Shown here: one piece after another, positions 26,853 through 40,511 of the stretch
How the letters are laid out: each line of letters starts with the position of its first letter
Position numbering within the stretch: the stretch's first letter is position 1
Origin: Tubiluchus corallicola
Lineage: Eukaryota; Animalia; Priapulida
DNA: 64,000 nucleotides
NCBI GenBank assembly: GCA_030141605.1
Contig: JAQGDQ010000979.1
Span: 1 to 64,000 of the forward strand
Direction of reading: 5' to 3'
Translations under genes and position numbers: made by a program
Notes under the pieces: model-generated
The model's database searches: none
Told to the model about the DNA's origin: nothing
What the model saw: only the letters and a program-made list of their open reading frames with translations

Positions 26853-27144
26853 GGTGATGATGATAGTGACGATGATGATGATGATACTGATGGTGATGAT
26901 TATAATGATCATGATGTTGATGTTGTTGATGATGATGTGATGTAATGGTGGTGGTGACGATGATGATGATACTGATGGTGATGATTATAATGATGATGAT
27001 GATGATGATGTTGTTGATGATGATGGTGGTAATGGTGGTGGTGGCGATGACGATGATACTGATGGTGATGATTATAATGATGATGATGATGATGTTGTTG
27101 TTGTTGTTGTTGTTGATGATAAATGATGATGATGATGATGATGA

Positions 27145-27193
<49 letters not shown>

Positions 27194-27365
27194 GATGATG
27201 ATGATGATGATGATGGTGGTAATGGTGGCGGTGACGATGATGATGATACTGGTGATGATTATAATGATCATGATGATGATTTTGTTGTTGATGATGATGA
27301 TGGTGGTAATGGTGGTGGTGGCGGTGGTGGTGGTGATCGTGACGATGATGATGATGGATGATGAT
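26853..27365. repeat. (GAT)n/(GTT)n/(GGT)n compound microsatellite with block duplications
   Basis: gatact(gat)ggtgatgattataatgat recurs four times. Confidence 0.9.
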
Positions 27366-27883
27366 CAGAAATGTGAATTTGTTAAGCACGGCTTTTAACA
27401 GTTCGAATTATCTTTCAAACAGAGGGATACCTGTTAGGATTAAGATGAGGTACCTTGTTTTTTTTCACATTTTTTCATTTGTTTTTTTTCACATTTTTTC
27501 CTGTGCCCTGAGCTCTTTGCGATTTAACCTGCAGTAAACCTTCTTGGTTTTGTAGTCACTAAAATGCAGCCTTGCAACTTTCTTGGACACTTTAAAAAGA
27601 TCTCAAAAGGCATTTTAGAAATTTACTTAAAGTCTTATTACCTACAGCATGAAAACTCAGAAGTTCTGTTGTCGAAAGGTAAAAGAAAACAATGGGTTCT
27701 GGTTAACCGATCGACGATCGCTAATCCGCCTTATCTCTGCCGGATAAAAGCGCAGTTAAATGTTATTTTTTTCTCTTGAAAAACAGATGTACTATTTTGT
27801 CTTGTGAGGGCCGTGCTCTGAACTTCCGTGTGGTCGACACCTCGAAATGTTTAGATAAGACTAGAGTTTGACTCCCTAGTTTT

Positions 27884-28676
27884 ACTGTCCGCTGCCTAAA
27901 GCCACTTTTAATGTTCTAGTGACCATGCATTTGTTTATCTCCTCTAGTTGTCTCTAAACTGTTATAGGAAGTACTCCACTGTCCACTGATTAAAGCCACT
28001 TTTAATGTTCTAGTGACCATGCATTTGTTTATCTCCTCTAGTTGTCTCTAAACTGTTATAGGAAGTACACCACTGTCCACTGCCTAAAGACACTTTTAAT
28101 GTTCTAGTGACCATGCATTTGTTTATCTCCTCTAGTTGTCTCTAAACTGTTATAGGAAGTACACCACTGTCCACTGCCTAAAGCCACTTTTAATGTTCTA
28201 GTGACCATGCATTTGTTTATCTCCTCTAGTTGTCTCTAAACTGTTATAGGAAGTACTCCACTGTCCACTGCCTAAAGCCACTTTTAATGTTCTAGTGACC
28301 ATGCATTTGTTTATCTCCTCTAGTTGTCTCTAAACTGTTATAGGAAGTACTCCACTGTCCACTGCCTAAAGCCACTTTTAATGTTCTAGTGACCATTATG
28401 TTCTAGTGATGCATTTGTTTATCTCCTCTAGTTGTCTCTAAACTGTTAAAGGAAGTACTCCACTGTCCACTGCCTAAAGCCACTTTTAATGTTCTAGTGA
28501 CCATGCATTTGTTTATCTCCTCTAGTTGTCTCTAAACTGTTATAGGAAGTACTCCACTGTCCACTGCCTAAAGCCACTTTTAATGTTCTAGTGACCATGC
28601 ATTTGTTTATCTCCTCTAGTTGTCTCTAAACTGTTAAAGGAAGTACACCACTGTCCACTGATTAAAGCCACTTTTA
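27884..28676. repeat. 94-bp tandem repeat, ~8.4 units
   Basis: gccacttttaatgttctagtgaccatgc at 27901, 27995... Confidence 0.95.
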
Positions 28677-28679
28677 CTT

Positions 28680-29545
28680 GCCTATATACCTACCTGCCTA
28701 CTTACGTACCTACCTACCTACCTACCTACCTACCTATCTACTTACGTACCTACCTACCTACCTACCTGTCTACCTACCTACCTACCTACTTACCTACCTA
28801 CCAACCTACCTACCTGTCTACCTACCTACCTACCTACCTACCTACCTACCTACCTACCTACCTACCTACCTACCTACCTACCTACCTACCTACCTACCTA
28901 CCTACCTACCTACCTACCTACCTATCTACCTACCTACCTACCCACCTACCTACCTATCTACCTACCTACCTACCTACCTACCTACCTACCTACCTACCTA
29001 CCTACCTACCTACCTACCTACCTACCTACCTACCTACCTACCTACCTACCTACCTACCTACCTACCTACCTACCTACCTACCTACCTACCTACCTACCTA
29101 CCTACCTACCTACCTACCTACCTACCTACCTACCTACCTACCTACCTACCTATCTACCTACCTACCTACCTACCTACCTACCTACCTACCTACCTACCTA
29201 CCTACCTACCTACCTACCTACCTACCTACCTACCTACCTACCTACCTACCTACCTACCTACCTACCTACCTACCTACCTACCTACCTACCTACCTACCTA
29301 CCTACCTACCTACCTACCTACCTACCTACCTACCTACCTACCTACCTACCTACCTACCTACCTACCTACCTACTTACGTACCTACCTACCTACCTACCTG
29401 TCTACCTACCTACCTACCTACTTACCTACTACGTACCTACCTACCTACCTACCTACCTACCTACCTTCCTACCTACCTACCTACCTACCTACCTACCTAC
29501 CTACCTACCTACCTACCTACCTACCTACCTACCTACCTACCTACA
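28680..29545. repeat. (CCTA)n tetranucleotide microsatellite, ~870 bp
   Basis: Direct run. Confidence 0.97.
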
Positions 29546-30189
29546 TATCCTCGACCCACCTACCTACCCCTCGACCCACCTACTTTCCGTTACAACCAAA
29601 AGCAGCATTTCAGTAAAATTTTACTGCATTAATAAGCACACCACAGCTGTAGACAGCTTAGCTTTAATAAGAGAAAAACTGTAGAATTTTATATAACTTT
29701 GCAATTTTTGGACAAGCAAAATTACCGAGTATTTTTATGCCTAAATCAGTTTCTAGTTCATACATTAATAATGCATCAGCATCATCTTATCCAGCACTGC
29801 TTTGCTGTTCATTTTAACTCTGTATCAGATGACGTATGAGTCAGAATTGTGGTCACGTGGGAATATGATAATTTGGCAGCACAGCCTTCCATAACTGTCA
29901 TTATTAATGATTATTAAAGACGTGCTGTATAGTGTTTTTACCGGACATCTTCGCGTATCCTAGGAATAGTAAAATTATCCATAAAAGGTTTCCATTAGTG
30001 CTGATTCATTTCTCTTATAATTCAAGCACCTTCTTTTTATCGTTGACTGCTTGTCTGACGTCATTGTAATTAAGCTAATTTATGTATTTCTTCTCGTGTT
30101 GTGGATGTGGAAGTCTGAAGTATTGCTAGCCTTATCAATTCTATTGTTATAGTTCCAGGGCAGTTCAACGTCCAGTAGTGAGAATTGGA

Positions 30190-30576
30190 ATATAATATAA
30201 TGTAATGTAATGTAGTGTGAGGTAAAGTAATGTAATGTAATGTAATGTAGTGTAAGGTAGGGTAATGTAATGTAATAATAATGATATGATGTGATGTGAT
30301 GTGATGTGATGTGATGTGATGTGATGTGATGTGATGTGATGTAATGTAATGTAATGTAATGTAAAGTAATGTAATGTAATGATTTAATGTAATGTAATAA
30401 TAATGATATGATGTGATGTGATGTGATGTGATATGATATGATGTGATGTGATGTGATGTAATGTGATGTGATGTAATGTGAAGTAATCTAATGTAATGAT
30501 TTCATGTAATGTAATGTAATAATAATGATATGATATGATGTGATGTGATGTGATGTGACATATAATATAATATAAT
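30190..30576. repeat. (TAATG)n/(TGATG)n pentanucleotide microsatellite
   Basis: Direct runs. Confidence 0.9.
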
Positions 30577-30740
30577 AGAAATACTTTAAGCAGCATACAG
30601 CCTTATCTCTATCATTCCTGCTGTCTATCTAAATCCACTACCGATTTACTAATTAGACTAATTAAGTTAATCAGAGAAAGCTGCTCACCTTCCTACAAAT
30701 TTAATCAAGTCCAGCTGCTAACTGTCTTCAAGTAATGGCG

Positions 30741-32605
30741 ATTGATAAGTACTCATAGTTATTGAGAAAGTCCTGTATGGAATCCGTCCATTGATAAGTA
30801 CTCATAGTTATTGAGAAAGTCCTGTATGGAATCCATCCATTGATAAGTACGCATAGTTATTGAGAAAGTCCTGTATGGAATCCATCCATTGATAAGTACT
30901 CATAGTTATTGAGAAAGTCCTGTATAGAATCCATCCATTGATAAGTACTCATAGTTATTGAGAAAGTCCTGTATGGAATCCATCCATTGATAAGTACTCA
31001 TAGTTATTGAGAAAGTCCTGCATGGAATCCGTCCATTGATAAGTACTCATAGTTATTGAGAAAGTCCTGTATGGAATCCATCCATTGATAAGTACTCGTA
31101 GTTATTGAGAAAGTCCTGTATGGAATTCATCCATTGATAAGTACTCATAGTTATTGAGAAAGTCCTGTATGGAATCCATCCATTGATAAGTATTCATAGT
31201 TAATGAGAATGTCCTGTATGGAATCCATCCATTGATAAGTACTCATAGTTATTGAGAAAGTCCTGTATGGAATCCATCCATTGATAAGTATTCATAGTTA
31301 TTGAGAAAGTCCTGTATGGAATCCGTCCATTGATAAATACTCATAGTTATTGAGAAAGTCCTGTATGGAATTCATCCTTTGATAAGTACTCATAGTTATT
31401 GAGAAAGTCCTGTATAGAATCCATCCATTGATAAGTACTCATAGTTATTGAGAAAGTCCTGTATGGAATCCATCCATTGATAAGTACTCATAGTTATTGA
31501 GAATGTCCTGTATGGAATCCATCCATTGATAAGTACTCATAGTTATTGAGAAAGTCGTGTATGGAATCCATCCATTGATAAGTACTCATGGTTATTGAGA
31601 AAGTCCTGTATGGAATCCATCCATTGATAAGTACTCATAGTTATTGAGAAAGTCCTGTATAGAATCCGTCCATTGATAAGTACTCATAGTTATTGAGAAA
31701 GTCCTGCATGGAATCCGTCCATTGATAAGTACTCATAGTTATTGAGAAAGTCCTGTATGGAATCCATACATTGATAAGTACTCGTAGTTATTGAGAAAGT
31801 CCTGTATGGAATTCATCCATTGATAAGTACTCATAGTTATTGAGAAAGTCCTGTATGGAATCCATCCATTGATAAGTACTCATAGTTAATGAGAATGTCC
31901 TGTATGGAATCCATCCATTGATAAGTCCTCATAGTTACTGAGAAAGTCCTGTATGGAATCCATCCATTGATAAGTACTCATAGTTATTGAGAAAGTCCTG
32001 TATGGAATCCATCCATTGATAAGTATTCATAGTTATTGAGAAAGTCCTGTATGGAATCCGTCCATTGATAAGTACTCATAGTTATTGAGAAAGTCCTGTA
32101 TGGAATTCATCCTTTGATAAGTACTCATAGTTATTGAGAAAGTCCTGTATAGAATCCATCCATTGATAAGTACTCATAGTTATTGAGAAAGTCCTGTATG
32201 GAATCCATCCATTGATAAGTACTCATAGTTATTGAGAATGTCCTGTATGGAATCCATCCATTGATAAGTACTCATAGTTATTGAGAAAGTCATGTATAGA
32301 ATCCGTCCATTGATAAGTACTCATAGTTATTGAGAAAGTCCTGTGTGGAATCCATCCATTGATAAGTACTCATAGTTATTGAGAATGTCCTGTATGGAAT
32401 CCATCCATTGATAAGTACACATAGTTATTGAGAAAGTCCTGTGTGGAATCCATCCATTGATAAGTACTCATAGTTACTGAGAATGTTCTGTATGGAATCC
32501 AGCCATTGATAAGTACTCATAGTTATTGAGAAAGTCCTGCATGGAATCCATCCATTGATAAGTGCTCATAGTTATTGAGAAAGTCCTGTGTGGAATCCAT
32601 CCATC
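30741..32605. repeat. 49-bp minisatellite, ~38 units
   Basis: attgataagtactcatagttattgagaaagtcctgtatggaatccatcc at 30741, 30790, 30839... Confidence 0.97.
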
Positions 32606-32631
32606 CATGCTCAGAAACAATCAGCCTTTAA

Positions 32632-33117
32632 ACGAAGACCGGATGATTGTTTAGACTCAATCTCATTTTAATACACTGTGCAAAATATACATTTTCTTGC
32701 CTGTAAATGTTAAGAATTGTTCCTTATATTTGAATAATTAGCTTAGAAAGTTAATTAAGGGCAACCGAACACAACTATTGCTTACGTCAGAAACTTGCGC
32801 GTCAAGCACATTTGCATAAGTGTCACAGTACTGCTTAAACGCGTGATGTCACGAAAATGGGCTCTACGTCATATGACGTCAGAAACTAGCACTGCAGTTC
32901 ATGATCATGCTTATCACAGTACCGCCTTCTATTTGTCGGTCACGCGAATGTGACAAAAAGGCGCCGTTGGGAATCTCACTAAATTCACTGAGCCGCGCGT
33001 AACTTTGAAAGTTTAACGAAATTTGAGTATCCAAGGTAATTATTATTTAATCTAAGCTTTGATTTAAAAAAAAGTTATTGTAGTGTCCAATATTTTACAC
33101 AATCGTCCGGTTTTCCT
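32632..33117 (-). mobile_element. Kolobok-like family A, near-full copy
   Basis: TTAA on both sides; ends acgaagaccggatgattg / caatcgtccggttttcct; reverse-complement homologous to 45756-46288. Confidence 0.8.
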
Positions 33118-33427
33118 TTAAATTTTATAAAGTTTGCTTAATGCAGGTAACTATTTTTTGTAACATTTTACTTGCACTCGACGGCTATTGTGTGTTCTCA
33201 CGTGTGCTGCACGAATAACAGCGTGGTGGCATTAGTCCCTGTAGTGAACATGTGTGGGTTTAGTCTCTACTAGGCGGCTTTTGATTGATGTAACAGGAAA
33301 GGATAGCAGCTAATCGATGCGAGGCAGATGTCACTGTGTCTGATGCTTTTAAATCTGAACTTTAACGTAATTTAAATAGAGCTTGAAGCTTAGGGTATGA
33401 CAGTGTGGGGTGACCAGTGAAAGCAAA

Positions 33428-33778
33428 AACGACGACGACGACGACAACGACGATGTTGATCATGATGACTATGATGATGATGATGATGACGATGGTGGTG
33501 TCATTGTCACTGCCACTGTCATTGTCCTTGTTGTTGTTGCTGTTGTTGTCGTTGCTGTTGCTGTTGTTGTTGCTGTTGCTGTTGTTGTTGCTGTTGCTGT
33601 TGTTTTCGTCATCGTCCTTATCATTGTTGTCATTGTTGTTAATGTCATGCTCATTGTCGTTGTCATTGCAGCTTTCCTTGTTGCTGTTGTTGATATGATG
33701 ACGTTGATGATGACTGTGACGATGACATTGATGATGACGACGAAGTTGATGATGATGGCGACGACGATGATGATGATT
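33428..33778. repeat. Compound (GAC)/(GAT)/(GTT) microsatellite
   Basis: Direct runs. Confidence 0.85.
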
Positions 33779-34139
33779 AGAGGTGTTCAACTGCTTATGC
33801 GTGAGCATAAGGGTGAATTTGAAACTTGAAGTTTTATCTTAAAACTTGCCTAGTTTTAGTACAACACACTGAATATCTTACAGAAGCACTGTACTTCAAT
33901 TTTAGATTTGACGAACACAGGGCAAAACATTCATGAAATGTTTGTGTTGTCGAGAATTATGTTAAGTTATGAAACATTGAAAGTTATGAGCTCGACGGGT
34001 TAAGTTTTTAACCTGCTGATTAAAAGAAGGCAGATGATTTTTCATATACTACCGTGTTTTCAAGTACGGTAAAACATACGTTTTTACACAATTAATACTG
34101 CAAAGGCGTTTCTGATAATTAAATAATAGATTAAAAACT

Positions 34140-34603
34140 TAATTAACGGCGGAGCAGCCCATTTATTGATGACATCACAAACTAACATAATTTTCAACAT
34201 CAAAAATATTCCACGAGCATGTTGCACGTTTTTGCGAAAGAGAAAATTGAAGTACAGTGCTAGTGTAAGATATTCAGTGTGTTGTACTAAAACTAGGAAA
34301 GTCTCAAGATAAAAATTCAAATGCGTACGCATCAGCTGTCGAACGTATGTACGTCACAAACTAACATATCTGAACTCAGAGGTGCAGCACCTGTTTTTCT
34401 GCAATGCGTTTCTGACTAATGCTGTGTTCGTCAAACTAGCGAATGGCGAAATGCATGTAACAGTGAAGAACTAATGGCGCGTGTTTGTCAGGTGATAATT
34501 CTTTCATGTAAGTCATTTTTGAAAAAAAATAGTACGTTTCTTTTCAATATTTTAAATAGTAGATTGTTTTGACCTACAGTTTAAGATTGGATCCGGTTTT
34601 GCT
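34140..34603 (-). mobile_element. Kolobok-like family B copy (a further + strand internal fragment lies at 33785-33935)
   Basis: Ends gatccggttttgct-TTAA; reverse complement aligns with 5328-5720. Confidence 0.65.
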
Positions 34604-34675
34604 TTAATGATCAATAATGCTTTAGCATTAGATATGAAACATCAACCTATTTTACTCGAACAATTCTACTTTTTA

Positions 34676-35475
34676 CTCCCCTCCCCCTCCCTCCGTCGTT
34701 TTCAACAACCCAAGTTAACAATTTCAAAACCACTCTGTTCCCATTTCTACATTTCTGGTTTCACCCCCCCCCCTCCCTCCGTCGTTTTCAACTACCCAAG
34801 TTAACAATTTCACATTGGAAGCCACTCTCTTCTCATTTCTACATTTCTGGTTTCACCCCCCCTCCCTCCGTCGTTTTCAACAACCCAAGTTAACAATTTC
34901 ACATTGGAAGCCACTCTGTTCCCATTTCTACATTTCTGGTTTCACCCCCCCCCCTCCCTCCGTCGTTTTCAACCACCCAAGTTAACAATTTCACATTGGA
35001 AGCCACTCTGTTCCCATTTCTACACTTCTGGTTTCACTCCCCCCTCCCCCCGTCGTTTTCAACAACCCAAGTTAGCAATTTCAAATTGGAGGAAGCCACT
35101 CTGTTCCCATTTCTACATTTCTGGTTTCACCTCCCCCCCTCCTCCCTCCGTCGTTTTCAACATCCCAAGTTAACAATTTCACATTGGAAGCCACTCAGTT
35201 CCCATTTCTGCATTTCTGGTTTCACCCCCCTCCCCCCACCCTCCGTCGTTTTCAACAACCCAAGTTAACAATTTTACATTGGAAGCCACTCAGTTCCCAT
35301 TTCTACATTTCTGGTTTCACCTCCCCTCCCTCCCTCCGTCGTTTTCAACCACCCAAGTTAACAATTTCACATTGGAAGCCACTCTGTTCCCATTTCTACA
35401 TTTCTGGTTTCACTCCCCCTCCCTCCCTCCGTCGTTTTCAACATCCCAAGTTAACAATTTCACATTGGAAGCCAC
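34676..35475. repeat. ~88-bp tandem repeat, ~9 units, with length-variable C-rich linker
   Basis: ccctccgtcgttttcaac...cccaagttaacaatttcacattggaagccactc repeated. Confidence 0.95.
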
Positions 35476-36041
35476 ACTCTGCAGTTAAGTCACGACAGCT
35501 GCAAGCGACAACACGCTATTGCATCTCGCCTCGAGTCAGAACGCCGACGGCTAAATTAATTTCAACGTGTCAGCGACGCGGCGAGAGAGCGATCGCAGCT
35601 CGGAAGAGCCATCATCAAAGACCGCGACCGTGTCAGCAATGCGGGAACTCTTATTTGAATTTCATCATATCCGACGCGTCGCAAATTGAATTCATTTAGT
35701 TCCGGCGAGGGAGTAGCGAAGCCACTTCTCGGGTTTCAATCGCTAATGCTTGTCTGGATGAACACTCTACGCTAGACTTATCAGAATACATCTGTGTCTA
35801 ATCTCTATTATATTGACCTATATAGTCAAGTAAGAAATTGCATTCCCACTTGTTCCATAACTCAGAAATTGCAACTAGAAAAAAGTAGAGGGCGTTAGCT
35901 GACCACAGTGGGGTAAAAAGTTACACCAACTGTGTTTGCTCACATTTTTATATTGAAGCACACAACGAAAAATTTTCAAACTAGTAGTGATTAAATACAT
36001 CCCGATTTGTTATGCAACCGTAATAGTAGTAGTAGTTTATT

Positions 36042-36152
36042 GTCTACGGCCATATCACGTTGAAAACACCGGTTATCGTCTGATCACCGAAGTTAAGCAA
36101 CGTAGAGCCTAGTTAGTACTTGGATGGGTGACCGCCCATTAATACCAGGTTC
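36042..36152 (+). pseudogene. 5S rRNA-derived sequence (SINE head)
   Basis: gtctacggccatatcacgttgaaaacaccgg...gatcaccgaagttaagcaacg...ttagtacttggatgggtgaccgcc; 3' end degenerate and no T-run terminator. Confidence 0.9.
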
Positions 36153-36574
36153 TACATGCCCACACTGTATCTTGACACTAGGCGGAGGAGCTGCACAAGC
36201 AGCCAACGGCTAGAGGGTGGAAGAGGTTGAGTGACCCAACAGCCATGTGTAGAGGAGTAAACCTTCCAAATCAGGAGTGGAGCCCTGAAGGCGGATCAGT
36301 GCAGCATGTTCACTGACTCCAGCAGCTCCTGCAACCAACCTGGTGCCAAACGTATCGCTCCGCTTTCCTTTGGACTACACCAGGGAGGAAGAGAGGGGGT
36401 TCCTGTTGTCTGGGCAACTCAGGATCTCCATACACCTTGCCCAGGCGTGCGCCCTGGAGACGTTCAAAGATCGGATTGCTCAGCCACAGTCGACGCTGCA
36501 GCTCCATCAATGTGATCAATAACTGACTCTCTTGGCGCACACTCCATTGTCTTCCGAGACACAAGGATGCCAAC
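36042..36574 (+). mobile_element. Composite SINE: 5S rRNA head + RTE-like body + RTE ORF C-terminus and 3' UTR
   Basis: 5S head 36042-~36152; body shared with 6423-6770; 36464-36526 translates SKIGLLSHSRRCSSINVINN*, like the RTE-clade C-terminal SRIGLxSHxRxC motif; tail ctccattgtcttccgagacacaaggatgccaac. Confidence 0.85.
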
Positions 36575-37963
36575 TTGACCCAGAACTTGCTTTTACACTA
36601 ACAGGGGCACCTTGATAGCTAGTTGGTCATTCTGTCCAGTTTGTAAGACACATTAAGCAAAACTTTTAATGTTTTTACCACGCTTGGTCTTTATTGTAAT
36701 ATAAAAACCCCTTTGTCGGCTAAGTGTTAACAGTGATGCAGACTCACGCCCTAACATGAATTCAGTCTAGCAAATTTGCCCATTTTTACGACCTTGACTT
36801 TTTGGCTTACACGGACTTATACCTGTGCCAAGTAAAGTAAATAGACTCAGACACGTGTGTGCTGTACCAGAGACACCTGGTGTTGGCGGTTGACATTATT
36901 CAGTGTACATTTTCGTGTTTCTGACACAAATCCTCACACATTTGAAAGGAAAGCTCAACAATTTCGAGACGGCTGTATTTTCTAAAGACGACGGGATTAA
37001 AAAAACGTCGCATTTATCGTTAGACTGTTATTTATCGGAATTCGAAAATTCTTGTGAATTTTAGTTGCAATGTGCCTGTATTAATGAATCTAATAATTCA
37101 TGTAAAATAAAAAAAACTACTGAAGAAATATTGTGCTTGTCGGGTATTGAACCCGAGACGTTGTAAATTACATGCTCAAACATTTGAGTTGCAAATCCTC
37201 ACATAGATTGATATTTTTTTACTTAGTTATGAGTGCCACGTTTACTTATTCTTTTCAATCAATTTATTACTCATTAATTAGGCAAACTAGTTTAGTTTTG
37301 TAAATTTAGTTGGTTTAGAAAACTTTTCACCAAACGCGCAATGGTCGTGATATTAAGTTTAACAACTAATCATGTCAAGCTGCCAATCATTAAATAAGAA
37401 ATGTAGCAGTTCGTATGGCTTCTTTAAAAGGAGAAAGCTGAAAATACTTCTTCTTCATGTTAGTAGATGTCACCACGCGGTTTAACATTGTTACCTCCAT
37501 TGCTTTAGGAGCCGGTGCCGCCATCTATTAAAATCATTGTCGAAGCCAAGAACCTACTGTACCTTTAAAAAGGCTTCACGAAAGAAACCCAGCAATCAAC
37601 TGCTCTTAACAGCATCAATTTTTCTGACAACCTTTTGGGATGAGTTTCCTCTCCCTGGGATCATAAATCATGCTCACTTCAGTTCAGTTCATTTTATTGA
37701 CAATTAATAAACACGGCTGATTAATTATTTTCTTCTGCGCCGCTGAAGTATCAACAAATTTGCCTCAAGAATAAACTGATTGATTTACATCTCGGCGCAT
37801 TAATTATACTGAGGCTTTAAGGGCTTTAATTAGTGAAGGCTAAACAAACTCAGTGCTTTCTCAAGCTTCTGTTTCATGCACGTCTGTACTGTACCATAGT
37901 GAAAGGTAAATTTTGTTAAACTGGAAAAATATATGGGGAAGGAATTAATAAATAAGTTAACAA

Positions 37964-37995
<32 letters not shown>

Positions 37996-38012
37996 GATGA
38001 TGATGATTATTA

Positions 38013-38090
<78 letters not shown>

Positions 38091-38143
38091 GTATCATCAT
38101 CATCATTATTATTAAATATAACTGTATTTTCTTAGAGAGGGGT

Positions 38144-38196
<53 letters not shown>

Positions 38197-38198
38197 GA

Positions 38199-38276
<78 letters not shown>

Positions 38277-38402
38277 AGAGAGAAGAGAGGAAGAGAAGAG
38301 AGAGGGTTATGAGAAGAGAGGAGAGAGGAAGAGAAGAGAGAGAGAAGAGAGAGAGAGAGAAGAGGAGAGAGAGAGAGGAGAGAGAGAGATTATTATTATT
38401 AT
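37964..38402. repeat. (ATT)n followed by (GA)n microsatellites
   Basis: Direct runs. Confidence 0.95.
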
Positions 38403-38749
38403 AACTCTATTTTATTGTATATTAACATAAATACGTACATAATATACATAAATTCCCTCTATTTGCAGGGACCAGTATGAACAATATTATAATATTATAA
38501 TAAGGTAGGAAATAATTACAATTATCCCTTTTAATATCACTGGTGACTATGATAACAGTAAAACACTTATATACAAAAACATATCAACAACTACAAGCAA
38601 CATAGCTAGATTTACATTTAAATTTATATTTACCTAATTTTATAAATAACTCTTACTTTTACATTTTCATTGACGGGCAGCAATCTAATTATATAAAATG
38701 ACAGGTACCGGTCTACACATTTTTTATAAATAAATGAATATAAATAAGT

Positions 38750-39312
38750 TAACAAAGGAATGAACAACAAATTGGCAGATGAATAAACAAGCTAACTAAC
38801 CTGATGAACAAGATAAAGAACGAACGAACGAACAAACAGACAAACAAACAAAACCAGGAATGAACAAACGAATGCAGAAAAGAAAAGAACGAACAAACAA
38901 ACAAACAAAACATGGAATGAACAAACGAACGCAGGAGTAAAGAAATGGATGAACGAATGAAGCAGTAAAACAGCAAACGAACGAATAAACAACTGAGCAA
39001 ACAAATGAATAATGAATAAGCAAAGAAAAAGGGCTGCAAACGCGAAAGAACGAGAGAAAAATAAACAAACAAATGCAGAAAGGAAGGAAAAAATGCTTGG
39101 ATGAATGAGTAAAAGGAAGTGTGGAACAATGAGTGAGAAAAAAAGAGAAAAGAAAGCATACAGAAAAAAGCATGAAAAGAAAAAATGGGGAGATTGAAAA
39201 TTAAGAGAAGGAAAGAAGAATGGAAGGGGAAAAAACAAAAGAGCGTGTGAAAAAAGTTAATGAAGAAGAAAATGAAGAAACGAGGAAGTAAAGACTGGAA
39301 GAAAAAACTGAA

Positions 39313-39384
<72 letters not shown>

Positions 39385-39392
39385 AGGAAGGA

Positions 39393-39428
<36 letters not shown>

Positions 39429-39430
39429 AA
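38750..39430. repeat. A-rich low-complexity tract (AAAC/GAAC/GAAT) ending in (GAAA)n
   Basis: Strong purine skew; near-perfect GAAA run 39313-39430. Confidence 0.85.
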
Positions 39431-40137
39431 TGTTGTTGGAATGAATAGCCAAGTGTTGTAGAACAGATTAACGAACGAATAAATTCGTTCTAAAATTTGC
39501 TCCAGGGTGAGTCTTGGTCATTATGTGGATGCTGGACACTAGAGACTGGACTGTCACACCCAGTGAATAGCCGCATGACTCATAGCACTTTTATAATAAC
39601 CTCATGTCATCTTCGCATATATTGGTCCCATACAGAATACACTTTGCTTATTACTCCCTGATTAATAAATCAAATTGACATGCGCAGGGGGGCGTTCGAG
39701 TGTGAAAATTGTCTTTCGTCGAAGGGAAGTCCCTGGACAGTTCAACCGAGCTGACCATTGGTAACCAAGTATTTCATCTCTGCAAACAGTGCATGAATAT
39801 CCAAAGTTTAATTACGATTCAAATATTAAAGTCAAGCGACTTAAACGCCAAACAGATTAAAATAAAAAGTAAAAAACAAAATAAAGCTTATTTATTTAGG
39901 GAAAATTATTTTTATGAACATTAAAAGCTCAAATATGTGTAAACTTGATTCGTCTAGGGTCGAGTTTATTTATATGCCCAGAACGTTTCCTGCAGCATAT
40001 CATCAGTGGCGCTGCAGCTGCTACTAGAAACGAATGACCTTGACTGTCTATTGCAGTTTCACTACTAAGTTGCTGCAGAAACGTTTCTGGTAGTATAAAT
40101 AACCTTGGATGCAGTTCAATCAATTTGTGTTCTGTCT

Positions 40138-40143
40138 GGTGTT

Positions 40144-40176
<33 letters not shown>

Positions 40177-40244
40177 CTGCGGTTGCCGTTGGTGTTGGCG
40201 TTGCTGCTGCTACTGCTACTGTTGCTATTGTTGTTGTTGTTGTT

Positions 40245-40319
<75 letters not shown>

Positions 40320-40360
40320 GCTGGTGCTGTTGGTGTTGGTGTTGGTGTTGCTGCTGCTGC

Positions 40361-40436
<76 letters not shown>

Positions 40437-40511
40437 GCGGTTGAAATTGTACTTGTATGGTGTTATGTATGGAATGTATGGTGTTATGTATGGAATGTAT
40501 GGTGTTATGTA
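40138..40511. repeat. (GTT)n microsatellite plus 21-bp triplication (tgtatggtgttatgtatggaa)
   Basis: Direct runs. Confidence 0.9.

Noticed and set aside
33785-34345. Apparent separate MITE with ~100-bp inverted arms
   Set aside because: Both arms match internal sequence of the family B element (5580-5700), so they are two oppositely oriented fragments of that family.
30741-35475. CRISPR-like arrays (49-bp and 88-bp repeats; also the 37-bp repeat at 15738)
   Set aside because: Units are contiguous with no unique spacers (only a C-run length varies), there are no cas genes, and the context is eukaryotic.
36042-36152. Functional 5S rRNA gene (also 6775-6885)
   Set aside because: 3' end is degenerate, there is no oligo-T terminator, and both copies continue into the same retroposon body.
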